NCBI GenBank assembly: GCA_964016885.1
Contig: OZ024745.1
Coordinates: 76,756,001 to 76,820,000, forward strand
Direction of reading: 5' to 3'
Origin: Eledone cirrhosa
Lineage: Eukaryota
Length of the DNA stretch: 64,000 bases
This document shows positions 1 to 13,364 of this stretch, one piece after another; within the stretch, counting starts at the first letter, position 1; each line of letters begins with the position of its first letter. A program made the translations under genes and the position numbers. Under the pieces are notes generated by a model. That model ran no database searches, was not told the DNA's origin, and saw only the letters and a list, made by a program, of their open reading frames with translations.

Positions 1-1402
1 GACCTCCAGACGGACAAAAACTGGGATGAGGTGACGAGCAGGGTGGCTTCTCTCACCCAGAAATGGGCGCAGAGGAAGCTATCCCTGAAAGGTCGAGCGG
101 AGGTGGCTAACGCGTACATCGCGTCTGTCATCTGCTACCGCCTGACCGTCGTACCTTGTCCTAAGCCTCGCCTGACTGCGCTGGAGCGTTTGCTCTTTCG
201 CTTTTTGTGGAAGGGACGTGCTCCGATGGTCAGGCGGTCCATCTGTTGTCAACACCCGCTACGTGGAGGGCTGGGCATGCCGTGGCTGATGATGCGCAGG
301 CACGCGCTCAGGCTACGACATCTCCACCTCTTCCTCGACGGTGATCAGGTGTGGTCGCCGTTTGCTAGACACGTATTTCCCCAGCTCGTTTCCTTGGCGG
401 AGCTGCAGTCCTGGGTCAAGCGAAGACCGAGAGGGAGCGCCTGGAGACTGGAATGTCTTCAGGCGCTCACAGCCCTCGACCAATCAGGCAATGTGATCGG
501 TGGAAACTCCACCTCGGCGTTCTATAGAGGATTAGTGGAGGGGAAGAGCGACGACGTACTTGGGGAAACTCTAGGCGTCGACGAAAATCAACTAGCCAAT
601 CTCTTCGGAAGAACTTTCGGGCCGGGGCCTATGGACAACTTCCAGAAATCTCTGGCCTGGCAGTGCTACCGAGGAGCCTTGCCAGTTCGGGATAAACTCT
701 ACAGGCATGGAGGTGCCGTCAGCCGGGCATGTCCGAGATGCGCGCAGGGCGACGAAACCGTCCTGCACGCACTCGTCCAGTGTCCGAAAATTGCTGACTT
801 GTGGGTTTATGTCGAACACCTGCTGTCGCGTTTAGGACGGATCCAGCTATCATCTGAGTCCATCGTGAGGATTGCCCCACCCTCCTCCTTTAGCCGAGAA
901 GGGCAGGCAGTTTTTATCTGTCTGGTGGCCATGGCGAAAGAGATAGTATGGTGGACACGTTTGAAAGGGCTGAAGACGAGCACTTACCTCTTCGGTGATG
1001 CTCTGATTGACTTTTTCAAATTTCATTTGAAAAGAAAAATCAGAGTAGAGAGGGAAGTGCTCTCTTCCCAGCATTTTGTTGAAAGATGGGTGAGAGAAGC
1101 AAGAATGGCCCGAGTGAATGGGCCTACTCTGAGTATATATCTGTAAATTAAAGGTGGAAAACTGGGAGAGGGCACTTGCCTTGGTGGTCAGGGTCATTGT
1201 GGCCTTTTACTGGGCTTTCTCCACAAACTTTCTCCACAAATCTGGGCTTTCTCCCCCTATTGGGGAATTTTTCATTGTTATTTTTTGTTACATCCTCTGT
1301 TTTTGTTTTTTACACGCAGAAATGCCCATTTGTACCGTCCTGTATTGTCCTGCACTGTCCTTAATGTCTACTTTATGTAAACCCTTGTGGTTAATAAAGA
1401 AA
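1..1402 (+). mobile_element. L1/Tx1-clade LINE, 3' part of ORF2 plus 3' UTR (runs off window start)
   Basis: ORF 31-1146 has the post-RT region (LFRFLWKG, GGLGMP) and a zf-RVT-type knuckle CPRC-x5-ETVLHALVQC. AATAAA near 1393 is followed by (ATT)n. Clearly homologous to the copy at 33678-36712. Confidence 0.85.
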
Positions 1403-1420
1403 TCATTATTATTATTATTA

Positions 1421-1927
1421 TTTGCATTTATCTTGCTTTATGTTCATATGAGTTATCACCAAGTCACAACCAGTGACCTCAAGAGACAACAAGGTCCGCC
1501 ATGTTCAAGAAAGAACATACATATTCACACATGCATCCTTAGTGTCTAGACTTGTGATGTACTTATATTGACAGGATCTTCCTTAGTATATGGGCAGTTC
1601 CCATTAGTACTATCTTTTGTATTTCTCCTATACGCGGGTTTCCTGGGATTTGCGATAAGTAGTCGTTAGACCCCTTAGGTATCATTCCCAGAGCGCCTAC
1701 AACCACTGGTATTGTTTTAGTTCTCAATTTCCACATTTTTCCAATTTCTATCTCCAGGTCCTTATACTTGCTCAATTTTTCAAATGTTTTTATAGATACA
1801 TTCTTGTCTATTGGAACAGACATATCAATTAGTAGGCATACCCTCCTTTGAAAGTCCTTCAATATTATATCAGGTCTATTTGCATCTATTTTTCGGTCTG
1901 TTTGGATGCTAAAGTTCCACAAGATTG
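1421..1927 (-). mobile_element. R4/Dong-like non-LTR element, 3' fragment (subfamily 2)
   Basis: ORF 1563-1922 has restriction-like endonuclease motifs NRPDII...LIDMSVP...K..KY..L and IPVVVGALG. Ends in (TAA)n. Near-identical inverted copy at 4541-5205. Confidence 0.85.
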
Positions 1928-1960
1928 AGATATTATTATTATTATTATTGTTATTGTTAT

Positions 1961-4518
1961 TCCTTGAATCTCAGTCATTGATGTTGGTTAACTGGAAAGT
2001 CCGTTGGATTGAATATCAAGCCACTACCTGCAGCCTCAGATATTCAGGACGTATCGGAGGGTTCTTGCTGTTCCAAGCAAGCATGCCTTTTGAAGCGTTC
2101 CAAAAAGCGTGAAGGGGCCGATTTTCTTTAACCATCCCTGGAAACTTTTGGAGATAGTCCCCAGTGCGCCTATGACAATCGGGATCACTTTGACTTCATG
2201 GCAGTTCCAAATCCTTTTCACCTCCCACTTTAGGTCCTGGTATCGGTTAATTTTCTCCCTCTCCTTCTCTTGCACTCTCGTGTCGAACGGGCAGGCCACA
2301 TCCACAATCAGGCACGATCTTTTTTCTTTGTCCACAACCACCAGGTCAGGTCTATTGTGTTCCAGTTTTTTGTCCGTCTGTATCCTAAAATCCCACAGCA
2401 CCTTCACCTGATTGTTCTCCATCACCGCCTCTGGCCTATGCTCATACCATTTCTCAGAATGTGGTAGATTGTTTACTTTGCACAGGTGCCAGTGGATCAC
2501 CCTGCCCATCACATCGTGTCTCCAGCCCTTATAGTGGGTCTGGGCTAGGTGTTTACACTCGGACACAATGTGAGCCACAGTCTCCTCTCTCTCTCCACAG
2601 ATCCTGCACAGTGGGCTGGCCTCCTCCTTGTAGATATGGTGCTTCAACCACTTCGTTTTGAGGGCCTGCTCTTGCGCAGCCATTAGCATTCCTTCTCTAG
2701 CCTTTTTGAGGTCTCCTCTTCTCAACCAGTTCCATGTCTGTGGATCTCTAAATTCAGTTTTCTCAAAGAAGGTACCATGAAGGGGTTTTCCCTTAAGGCT
2801 GCTCTTCCTCCTTGATGTTATTCCCTCCCTGGACATCCCCTGGCCTACTGTCCCCTCCTTCAGTACAGCTCTGAGCATTGGCTCCTTACTATAGGTCACG
2901 TATTTGTATAGGTTGTTTTTCTCCATCTGAACACAGTCCTCTATGCTGATAAGACCTCTTCCACCCTCAGATCTCCTTAGGTAGAGTCTATCGACATCAC
3001 TCCTCTTGTGGAACATGTTGTAGATAGTCAATAGCTTCCTAGTCTTCCTATCCATTTCTTTCTGTTCAGCAACATTCCATCTCAGAATTCCCGCACTGTA
3101 CCTAATAATAGACACAGCTCGGGAATTTACTGCGCTTATGACATTTCTGCTGTTCAGATGTGACTTCAATACGCTCCTTACTCTCCGAATGTATTCAGTT
3201 CTTAACAATTCCTTCATTTTTTTTGTTCTTTATGCCATCAGCCTCCAGAACGCCCAAATACTTGTATCCTTCCTCAGAGTCAATTTCCTTTATCATCTCA
3301 CCTGTTGGTATCTGGATCCCGTTACTTCTGCTCAACCTACCCCTCTTCATCACAATGACTCCACATTTACCAATACCAAACTGCATACATATATCACTGC
3401 TGAAAATACGGACAGTGTCAACAAGCACATCCAACTCCTTCTCACTTTTCCCGAAGAGCTTAAGATCGTCCATGAAGAGGAGGTGATTGATGGTAAGCTC
3501 TCCCCTTCCCAACTTGTATCCTGCTCTCACTTTTCGCAGCATAATGGTCAAGGGCATCAGGGCAAGGACAAACAACAGAGGGGACAGGCTATCTCCCTGG
3601 AAGATACCTCTCTTGATCTTCACGCTTCCCAAGGATACTCCAGTTGATGTCAACTCTGTCTCCCAGGACCCCATACTCCTGCCTAGCAACTGTCTGATGT
3701 TATCTGCCACCCTGAAGATCTCCAGGCTTTTGGTGATCCAGGAATGAGGCACCATGTCAAATGCCTTTCTGTAGTCTATCCATCCCATGGCAAGATCAGT
3801 GTGTCTCCTCCTGCAATTCCCCATTACCATCTTATCAATAAGCAACTGGTCCTTTGTACCACGTGACTTCTTTCGGCATCCTTTCTGTTCGTCCGGTAAC
3901 AAGTTGTTTGTGTGGAGGTGATGGTAGATTTCCTCAGACACAATGCTCGTCAACAGTTTCCACATTACGGGCAGACATGTGATAGGTCTATAGTTGGTAG
4001 CATCATTACCCTTGATTCGGTCTTTCATTATCAGAACTGTGGTACCTTTTGTCAACCACTCTGGCACCTCGCCCGACACCAAGCAGTCATTGAACATGGC
4101 CGTCAGCTTCGGGTGGAGGGATGTTAGATGTTTAATCCAATACCCCTGCACACCATCTGGGCCTGGTGATTTCCAGTTGGTTAGTTTTTTGGCTTGCCCC
4201 TTAAGAGTTTCAACTGTGATACTCAAATCAGTCTGTTGCTGTGCCTGCTCACCAATCTCCCTCTGTACTGTCTCAATCCACCCTGCCTGGGCATTGTGTC
4301 TAACATCCTGCTCCCATATTCCTCTCCAGAATGTTTTAGTTTGCTCCGCCCCAGGGATCAAGTCGTTGCCTCTTTCTTTGCCCTCAAGCTGTCCAAACAG
4401 CATCTTCTGGTTGTTGTCGAACATGCGGTTCTGTTTATACTGGCTGACTCTGTTCTCGTATCGCCTGATTTTTGCACTCTTTGCTACAATGCGTTGCTTC
4501 AGTTCCTCGACGATAATA
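1961..4518 (-). mobile_element. R4/Dong-like non-LTR retrotransposon (RT + CCHC + RLE endonuclease), 5'-truncated, one frameshift
   Basis: ORF 3195-4424 has RT motifs NYRPITCL, WIDYRKAFD, GIFQGDSLSP, FMDDL, YKYLG. After a frameshift in the T-run near 3217, ORF 2036-3217 has CRIC-x8-H-x4-C, RHD and RPDLVV. The 3' end runs into (TAA)n at 1931-1960. Confidence 0.9.
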
Positions 4519-4540
4519 TTTATTTTTTTTTTTTTTTTTC

Positions 4541-5204
4541 AATGTGCAGTCCTATCGCTCCAACAGAATACCTAAACAGGCATGACAGAGCTGCACAATA
4601 CATACATTGGATAATGTGTAAGCATTTTGACCTGCCCCATCAAAAGAATTGGTGGGAGCATCAACCACGTCCCATACTTGAAAAATATCACATCTCAATC
4701 TTGTGGAACTTTAGCATCCAAACAGACCGAAAAATAGATGCAAATAGACCTGATATAATATTGAAGGACTTTAAAAAGAGGGTATGCCTGCTAATTGATA
4801 TGTCCGTTCCAATAGACAAAAATGTATCTATAAAAACATTTGAAAAATTGAGCAAGTATAAGGACCTGGAGATAGAAATTGGAAAAATGTGGAAATTGAG
4901 AACTAAAACAATACCAGTGGTTGTGGGCGCTCTAGGAATGATACCTAAGGGGTCTAATGATTACTTATCGCAAATCCCAGTAAACCCGCGTATAGGAGAA
5001 ATACAAAAGATAGTACTAATGGGAACTGCCCATATACTAAGGAAGATTTTGTCAATATAAGTACATCACAAGTCTAAACACCTAAAGATGCACGTGTGAG
5101 TATGTATGTTCTTTCTTGAACATGGCGGACCTTGTTGTCTCTTGAGGTCACTGGTTGTGACTTGGTGATAACTCGTATGAACATAAAGCAAGATAAATGC
5201 AGCT

Positions 5205-5205
<1 letters not shown>
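4541..5205 (+). mobile_element. R4/Dong-like 3' fragment (subfamily 2)
   Basis: Encodes RHD...NRPDII...GTAHILRKILSI, then a 3' UTR and (TAA)n. Inverted relative to 1421-1927. Confidence 0.85.
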
Positions 5206-5247
<42 letters not shown>

Positions 5248-5285
5248 TTACTTTCTTTATTTCTTTCTTTCTTTCTTTATTTATT

Positions 5286-5327
<42 letters not shown>

Positions 5328-5445
5328 TGTTTCTACTTTAAGCATAAGGCCAGCAATTACCCAGTGCATTACTGGTACTTTATTTTATCGACCCCGTAAG
5401 GATGAAAGGCAAAGTCAATAATAATAATAATAATAATAATAATAA
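5206..5445. repeat. (TAA)n microsatellite tracts with an embedded SINE 3' fragment
   Basis: Three TAA runs visible. SINE tail sequence at ~5327-5417. Confidence 0.9.
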
Positions 5446-5697
5446 TCGCAAATCCCAGGAAACCCGCGTATAGGAGAAATACAAAAGATAGTACTAATGG
5501 GAACTGCCCATATACTAAGGAAGATCCTGTCAATATAAGTACATCACAAGTCTAAACACCTAAAGATGCATGCGTGTGTATGTATGTTCTTTCTTGAACA
5601 TGGCGGACCTTGTTGTCTCTTGAGGTCACTGGTTGTGACTTGGTGATAACTCGTATGAACATAAAGCAAGATAAATGCAACTGTAATAATAATAATA
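5446..5697 (+). mobile_element. R4/Dong-like short 3' fragment
   Basis: Repeats 4968-5205 and is flanked on both sides by (TAA)n. Confidence 0.85.
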
Positions 5698-7084
5698 AAG
5701 TTTTGTTTAGCATATAGTTTTTTATGTAATGCTCTTTTACCATTTCATCTGTTTTATCAATGAGTTGCTCAAATTTTTATTTACTTCCACCCACTCCCAT
5801 GGTCGGAGTAGTTGAAAGCAATAACTCGAAAACGAGAAACTTTGATAAGGAATGTATAGAGAAGAAGAAGGAAAGAAAAACAGCAAGTGGAAGAGAGGAA
5901 GAAAAAGAGAGGGTAAGAGTGAGAAGGAAAATAGTGAAAGAAATAAAACACAAGTGGGAAGCAAAATGTGTTATTAAGTCAGGGAAAAACAGTTGATGTT
6001 CATGTGCATGTATGGGATATATATGTATTAAAAGGTTCAAATTATAAAAATTTGCTGGAAATATGTGCAAGGGAATCCATAAATAACACTAATAACGATG
6101 TAGTAAATGTAGAAAAACAGTGTTTCATTGTAAAATCATCACTCCAGATATTTAGCACATGATTTACACAGCATTTTCATGTTGGTGAAATTTGGCAAAA
6201 TATTGACCTTGAATATAACTGACCCATGTCAATCATTTTGTCACATATTTCTCAACTTATATATGAGTATATATGGTGAATTTTCTACATGATGTAAGCT
6301 CTGTCAATATTTTCCCCTATTTCTTTAGTTATATACTTTGTATAAATTCCATAAATTTCATACAGATTTCTTTCCTTACATGTAGTAATACATATGAATA
6401 GAGGAACAGAATTTATTGTTTATTAAGCAAATTAATATCTTGATTATTAATTGTATTACAACTAAATGTATAAATTATTACACCTATCATTTAATATTAC
6501 ATTTTGTTGTTTTCCGTCGAGAAAATATAATGAATTGAATTTACATATTGAAAAGAATTTACGTGTAGAATATCTTGATAAATCTAATTAAGCCTCTATT
6601 CTTCTAGAAGCCACATTTGCAAGCTTTTAGTAATCACAAAATAACTTCAAAATTACCTTGCAACTAGTGTGCTCATGTCATCAAAAATGATGACGGTTTT
6701 ATTAATTAAAGAAAATGGTACATCTGTTCAAAACGAGCAATGATTTTTTTACCAAAAAGATTTCACATTTTCTATTTACACTTCATCTTGCCAATAATTT
6801 GTAAATGTGGCAGTGCATGCTGCCCATTGAAAATGATGTATTACAGGGGATATATAAACATATAGGGACTTGTGCCATTAAACATAACAGCATTTTTTTA
6901 CTGGCTGTCTGTATGGTTGGCACATCCAGTGAACATGGTTCCCACTGATTTTCTGTCATCGTGCTTAACTATGAAAGAATATCTAACACAAAGCTGAGAA
7001 TGTAAATAGTTTCCATGAGGTTTAGCAATGCTTATTTTTTTTTTTCAAAATATGGCCTTATTGGATTCCTTATATACTTCTGTA

Positions 7085-7400
7085 TAAGAAACAGTTGACT
7101 CTTTCTTTCTTATACACATATATACACCAGGTCCAAACACAAAACAACCAAACTCCCACTATCACTGCCTCCATCTCTCCCACTCTCCCACTCTTCCCAT
7201 CTCTCACTAATGGGAGCAATGGGGGTCCACGCACTGGTTGCCCTGTGGCCCCAGCAGAGAGAATAGAAAAGGCGTATCCCCGCAGGATGGTGAAGGAGAC
7301 GCGCTGGAAGAGCCATTCCAGCTCATGAGGCTTACACCTGTAGGTAGCCAACCCTGTGTCGATGGTGGTGAGCAGAGATGTGGCCCTAGGGCCAAGGACA
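7085..7400 (-). mobile_element. CRE-like (RLE) non-LTR element, degenerate 3' end
   Basis: Translation VETSGVLGP...WLFQRVSFTILRGYAFSIL resembles the C-terminus of CRE-type endonuclease ORFs. Second copy at 14520-14850. Confidence 0.6.
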
Positions 7401-8274
7401 CCAGAAGTCTCCACCATCAAAATTGAATGCCTCTATTCTTAAAGTATTTTTCTTATTGAATACTTTTGTACTTTCAGTACAAACATATATACTAACAGCA
7501 ATGGATATATTTTAAACAATGTGACACACAAGTAACTTTCGCTATGCACAACATTTTCTCCAAAGCAGGTTAGTTTTGAATTCATGTGGCATCAATTATT
7601 TGATTAAATCACTTGTGATACATTTGATTACATTCTAACTCATATTTCTTAGTGAGATATAACATGATTTTTCATATATATATACTCTGTCAATGTGGTT
7701 GGTATTACGGAGGGTATCCAGCTGTAAAATTCACAGCCGAATTTACAGTCCACCTTGGAGAAAGGTACAGCGTGGCCAGACTTGTCTCCTGACATGGACA
7801 ACCCATCTAACCCATGGAAAGCATGAGAAAATGGATGCTAAATGGCGATGATGATGATGATGATGATGATTTTAAATTTAATTTTGGCATTCAATTATGA
7901 GAACATCTGAAAATCATAATTAATGAAATGATATACATTCTAGATCATGTTTTCATTATCCTTCCTTAGCTAAAATTGTATCACAGTAGTGTTGAACAGT
8001 TTAATTAAATATTACAATATTATTTACAAAACAATGACAGACTTACAAGAAGTTATCATTATTCCAGATGTTAGTTTATTACAATATTCAGGGTAAAGCT
8101 TCCAACTCTCCTTCACCCACTCTTTCTCTGTTTGGCAGTCAGGGTGGTGAGAGCAGTGTGATAGGCACCACATCTTTCCACTTGCTTTCATTTCACTTGC
8201 CACTCTCTTACTCTCTGTTTGTCATTTGACAGCCTCCTATTTCCACACTACCTCCTTAGTTTGGTATAAAACAG

Positions 8275-8495
8275 GGCAGTGTATTGGCAGTATCGATTGA
8301 GCGAGTATTGGACACCATGTTTTATGGGGCAGAGTTATGGCTCCTACGTTCTGGGTTCAAATCCTGCTAGGTTGGCTTTGTCTTTCATCCTTACGGGGGT
8401 CGATAAAATAAAGTACCAGTAATACACTGGGGTCGATTTAATCAACTTTCCCCTCTCTTCAAATTACAGGTCTTGTGTCTATAGCAGAAACAATT
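8275..8495 (+). mobile_element. tRNA-derived SINE (family 1)
   Basis: A-box-like TGGCAGTATCG, B-box GTTCAAATCC and core CTTTCATCCTTACGGGGTCGATAAAATAAAGTACC shared with more than ten copies in the window. Confidence 0.8.
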
Positions 8496-9457
8496 ATTAT
8501 ATGATGATAAACATTTTTCTGTTCTACTATAAATTCTTTTAATAAACCATCTGAAGGGTGAAGCTATTTGCAAAATATTTACATTTACCCAGAGCTATGT
8601 TCTCAACAAAAACTTGTTTTATGTAAATTTCTTAATTTCAAACTCTACAAATTAAGATGTTTAATGAAATACTTTAATTTTCGAAAAATAGTTATAAGTT
8701 TAATTTTCAAGTAATGGATGATGATAATCCTGTAGATGACGCATCAATTGGATTTTACATTGGCAAATCCACAAGAAAATGTACATTATCTTCAAATTCC
8801 CTCTCAATGAATGAGACAATTGGTAATTATACAGTGTTACTCCTGACTGGGATATAGTAATTTTTTTTCTAAAATGTTTAGAAAGTTCAAATGAGAGCAG
8901 AAGTATGCCCTGATGTCTTTGAATCTGGTGTAGGTGGGATATGACACCTTCTTCATATCATCACCCTGCCCACTTACCCCTGATTCCAGTTTTCCCCTCC
9001 ATTGAACCAAGCACCCTGACCGGAGACAACTCGCCACACACCCATCTTGTCTCTTAGTACTCCAGTCCTTGGTTCCATGCCACACCCTCCATCCCGACTA
9101 AGTGACAATTAACTCTTTTAACTTGAATCGGTTGTATGGTACCCATTTTCAGTTATTTTGACTGGACTAGGGACAGTTAAATATTTTAACCATGAACACT
9201 TCTCAATTCTGAAGATGAGAAATGAATCATCATTCCAAATTCAGAAGGTAGTTTCCTTATTGATTCAGACATCTATAACTCCGGTAACATAGTTCTTATT
9301 ATAATACAAATATTGCAACATTATAGGCAAATTATGAATATTTTGTTGTATAATGATATGTCTGGTTGAGTTAGTAAAGATTAAATGTTGCTAAAATTTA
9401 TGCATATGAGTAAAATGCAATCAGAAGCACCTGTTTTCCATTTATTGATTATATATT

Positions 9458-9880
9458 CATCATCATCATCCATTTTCCAAAGTCCATTTTCCATGCTAGC
9501 ATGGGTTAGACAAGTTATCCCATTAGAGGCAAGTTGGGTTAGGTGACCCTGTCTTCCTCATATAGGATTGTTTCTGGCTAGATTTCTACAGCTGGATGCA
9601 CTTCCTAACACCTGCCACATTTGTAGTGTTGGCTATGTGATTTTTGTTGTGACTCCTACATGAGCACTTTACAGTGTGGGCTGAGTGCTTTTTGTCGTGA
9701 CTCCTACACATGCACTTTACAGTGTGGGCTGGGTGCTTTTTGTTGTGACTCCTACATGACCGCTTTACAGTGTAGGCTAGGTGCTTTTTGTCATGGCACC
9801 TACATGACCACCTTAGAGTCTGGCTGGGTGCTTTTAGTCATGACACCTACATCACTACTTCACAGTGTGGGTTGGATGTA
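9458..9880 (-). mobile_element. RTE-family 3' UTR fragment with 48-bp tandem repeat
   Basis: (CAT)n tail, homology to the 3' UTRs at 22265 and 52385, and about five copies of a 48-bp unit starting at 9651. Confidence 0.75.
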
Positions 9881-10232
9881 TCATTAACACAAAGTTATAA
9901 ATGATTTATTTGTTATTTATTACACCAGCAAAAATTGAAAAGTAAGTCTCTGCATGATATTAACTCAGAATGCAGAAGTATTTTGAAAATGAGATTTATT
10001 AAGTAGAGGACCTATACTATGATGGTATACAATTTTTGTCAATCCTCTGTTTCTCTTTTTAAGGTAAGAATACAAGTGAAATGCAAGGACATAAATTAAA
10101 AGCTTCTTATGTATATATTACATTGACCATAGATGAATAAAAATCAGTCTTAATATAATTAAATGTTAGAACATAAATGGATAAAATAAAATATTGCTGT
10201 GCATTTAATCAGTAGGACTATAGTTATAATAA

Positions 10233-10362
10233 CTGTTTCTACTTTTTGACACAAGGCCAGCAATTACCCAGTGCATGACTGGTACTTTATTTTTTATCGA
10301 CCCCGTAAGGATGAAAGGCAAAGTTAACCTCGGCGGGATTTGAACTCAGAATGGCAAGGGCC
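10233..10362 (-). mobile_element. SINE family 1, partial
   Basis: Same core and tail as 23811-23998. Confidence 0.8.
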
Positions 10363-10765
10363 AATGATGATAATAGTTTCTATTATGAGTAAAAGGCTAC
10401 ATACTTCAGTTGTTTAAATCGATTGGTATTTGATTAGCGCTTAGAAGGAAAAGTCAACCCTGTTAATATTTGAACCTAGAATGTAGATGAACTTTACTAA
10501 AAACATCTAAACATTTTCCTCACGGTTCCACAAGCCATGACTATATAGGCATATGGTCACATATTTAGGTAGGGGAAGCAGTCAATCAAATTAACAACAG
10601 TTTCTGTAACTGATATTAATGTTATCAACTTTAAGATGCTTAGATGCTTAGAATTCAAAATTTAAGTTGATAAGTAACCAAATATGGCCCAGCGCTCTAT
10701 TGATTTTGACAATCACCATCCTGATAATAATAATAAATTTTAACATAGGCATAAGTACAAGCATT

Positions 10766-11077
10766 TTAGAGCGGTCTCTTCCCATCACTTCTAGATAATC
10801 CAACCAGCTCCAGAACTGAGGGGATATTTATCCGAGCCAGGGCCCATTTGATGATCAGGTTCAGCTCGGTGTGTTGGGCGAATTGACCAGCATTCAGACA
10901 GCAGGACAAACCATGTAAAGTTGTGGTGTCGAGGGACCTACTCCAGAGACATCTCAGACCCCCACAAATGTCGGCTCCCACTCGAAGTGCAATGGAAATG
11001 CGGAGCTCGTCCTGACTGAGAAGGCCACCAATGTTGGCTACAGGACACCAAGTGTGATAATCGACTGCGCTTAACAC
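10766..11077 (-). mobile_element. CRE-like non-LTR fragment (zinc knuckle / RLE start)
   Basis: LRISIALRVG...HGLSC...H.ELNLIIK.AL...SVLE.VGLSRSDGKRP. Confidence 0.7.
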
Positions 11078-11722
11078 TTTAGAGGTTAACTACACATTTC
11101 AGGCAAGCCAACACACTCACAGCATTACAACGGGTAATGACTAGGCACCCTCACGGGCATCACTTGATACCTCGGGCCGCCAGCGGTGACAAGAACTTCG
11201 CTGTCAGCGGCCCAACTCCACCAAACGTCTCGGTACTAGCCATAGATACAAGGGGTTTAAAAACTTTAGTGACCGAACTGTCAACTGTTTTTTTTTAAAG
11301 TCAAACTCACTCGCGAATGGCCATATGATTTCAGAAACAACAGCAATTTTATTAATACAATAGAATTTCTTATTTAGGCACAAGGTCAACAGTTTGTGGA
11401 GAGGGGAAAGGCGATTATATCGACAGTAGTACTTTATTGGTTTTACCGACACAGAAAAGTTGAAAAGTCAACGTGATTTCAGCAGGATTTGAAATATGAA
11501 CATGTTTTATTAATACAATACAATGTATTTTAAAGGAAATAAAAACCACCACCAACAACGTTACAACTACTATTAAGTAGCGTTGCCTACTTGTAACACA
11601 CATGTACACTACTAATTGGAATATGTCGTTTCATCCCATTTCTATGATCTTTTTTTAATTTAATTCTGCTTGAGAAAATATGATAAAATAGTTCACGTTT
11701 CTTTACAAGAGTATTTACATAA

Positions 11723-11897
11723 TTGTTTCTACTTTTGGCACAAGGCCAGCAATTAACTAGTACATTACTGGTACTTTATTTTATCGACCCCGTATGGATG
11801 AAAGGCAAAGTTAACCTCGGCGGGATTTGAAATCAGATCGTAAAGGGACGTAACTCTATGCTAGAAAGCATATTCGGCCCTCTACTGATACTGCCAA
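11723..11897 (-). mobile_element. SINE family 1
   Basis: Near-full-length match to 23811-23998. Confidence 0.8.
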
Positions 11898-11939
11898 AAT
11901 GAAATACAAAGTTACACTGATACATTAATTAATAGAAAA

Positions 11940-12130
11940 GGCCAAGCTTTCAACTAAGGGAAGCAACTCTAAACATTTATCTTTCGTCGCACGGGCCAGT
12001 TTGTGTTCGTAACTTTTCTCCCTTGTTTTTTAAAACAAATTACATACTCGGGTACGAGCAGCTGAGATTACATTTTGTAAGAAAGAATTTGTTAAAGCAC
12101 CGAAGAGCTGGAGACTGACAAAAGACAAAT
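11940..12130 (+). promoter_or_regulatory. Probable promoter/5' UTR of the SLC25A10-like gene
   Basis: Non-repetitive, locally CpG-containing sequence directly upstream of the ATG at 12131. The transcription start cannot be determined from sequence. Confidence 0.4.
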
Positions 12131-12229
12131 ATGGAAGTTGATAAAACTAAACGTGTCGGCCGTTGGTATTTCGGCGGAGTTGCTAGTGCTTTAGCAGCAT
12201 GCTGTACTCATCCTCTGGATTTATTGAAG
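12131..12229 (+). CDS. SLC25A10: Mitochondrial dicarboxylate carrier, coding exon 1
   Basis: Translates MEVDKTKRVGRWYFGGVASALAACCTHPLDLLK. RWYFGG..S..AACCTHPLDLLK is the SLC25A10 N-terminus, with carrier signature PxDxxK. Followed by donor AAG|GTAATG, phase 0. Confidence 0.95.
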
Positions 12230-13326
12230 GTAATGTGCAGTTGTTTCAATCGGTGACGAACTTACAGTCGCGTCTTCCGCATGGTTTTATTGTTGTTGTT
12301 TTTTGTTGTTTTCAAGACATTATTTTAGAATCGTCATATATCAAAATAATATGCCTGTTTTAACTATTATTTAGAATTTGTCTATCATCCTACATTCTTC
12401 AGCCGTAGCTATTTCCTATATTTTATTGATTGAAATCATATGATAGACTGATATTACGGAGAAAAAACCCTTTAATTTTTGCCTTCTTCATTTCTCTTTT
12501 AATGTTCCAGTATTACTAGGTATATATATATATTTCAGAATCGCCAAACCACTCGATGACCGATAACTCTCCTTGATTATTTACTAGGTCAGACATAAAT
12601 TTTCTGGGCGTTACATTTGAATTTATTTACTTTTTGTGTACATGGTTTCGTGTTCGAAAGCCCGCACATATGATAATAATAATCATGTCAGCAAATTTCA
12701 ATTAAATTATATAATGTTTGCAATAAAAAAAGAAAAGGAAAGAAAAAAAATTAAATAACGAAGGTGGGAAGGAGCGACCAGACTCCACAACACAGTCTAT
12801 GTGGTATATCATCAGGTGCTTCTAAAATTGTCTTACTAAACTCAACTACTTAAATGTATGAATGAAAATTTGGCAAAATAACTTTGTTTTGATTTGTAGA
12901 GCTCTGAATTACAAAAATTTCGAAACAGGGATCTGTTATTGTCATTTATTTCGCTAAATTAAAGACGGCAGTAAACACCGTACGAGTAATATGTTGGCTA
13001 GTTTCGATTCCCATCTAAAGCCAAAATTCATGTCTAATGCTCTTAAGAAAGGTATAAACATCACAACCCTTTATTCGAAAATTATAGGATCTTTGCATTT
13101 ATTTAAAATAAACCAGTATTGTATCCCCTTTGACCTTAGACTAGAAATTATAATAGTGTTGTTCCTCTTTCATCCTTCCATGCTTAGACAAGCTTGTGTT
13201 AAGAAGTTTGCTTCATAACATATGGTTGCGGGTTCGATTCCATTGCGTTGCACCTTGGGAGAGAGTCTTCTACTATAACTTCAAGGTGACTGAAACTTTC
13301 TATAGACTGTAGGAGGCGGAAACTGT

Positions 13327-13364
<38 letters not shown>

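Noticed and set aside
8712-8822. AG/GT-bounded open segment MDDDNPVDDASIGFYIGK on plus strand
   Set aside because: No recognisable homology and no partner exons, and the opposite strand reads equally plausibly, so it cannot be supported.
9651-9880. 48-bp tandem units resembling a CRISPR array
   Set aside because: No unique spacers, no cas genes and a eukaryotic context. It is part of the RTE 3' UTR repeated elsewhere in the window.
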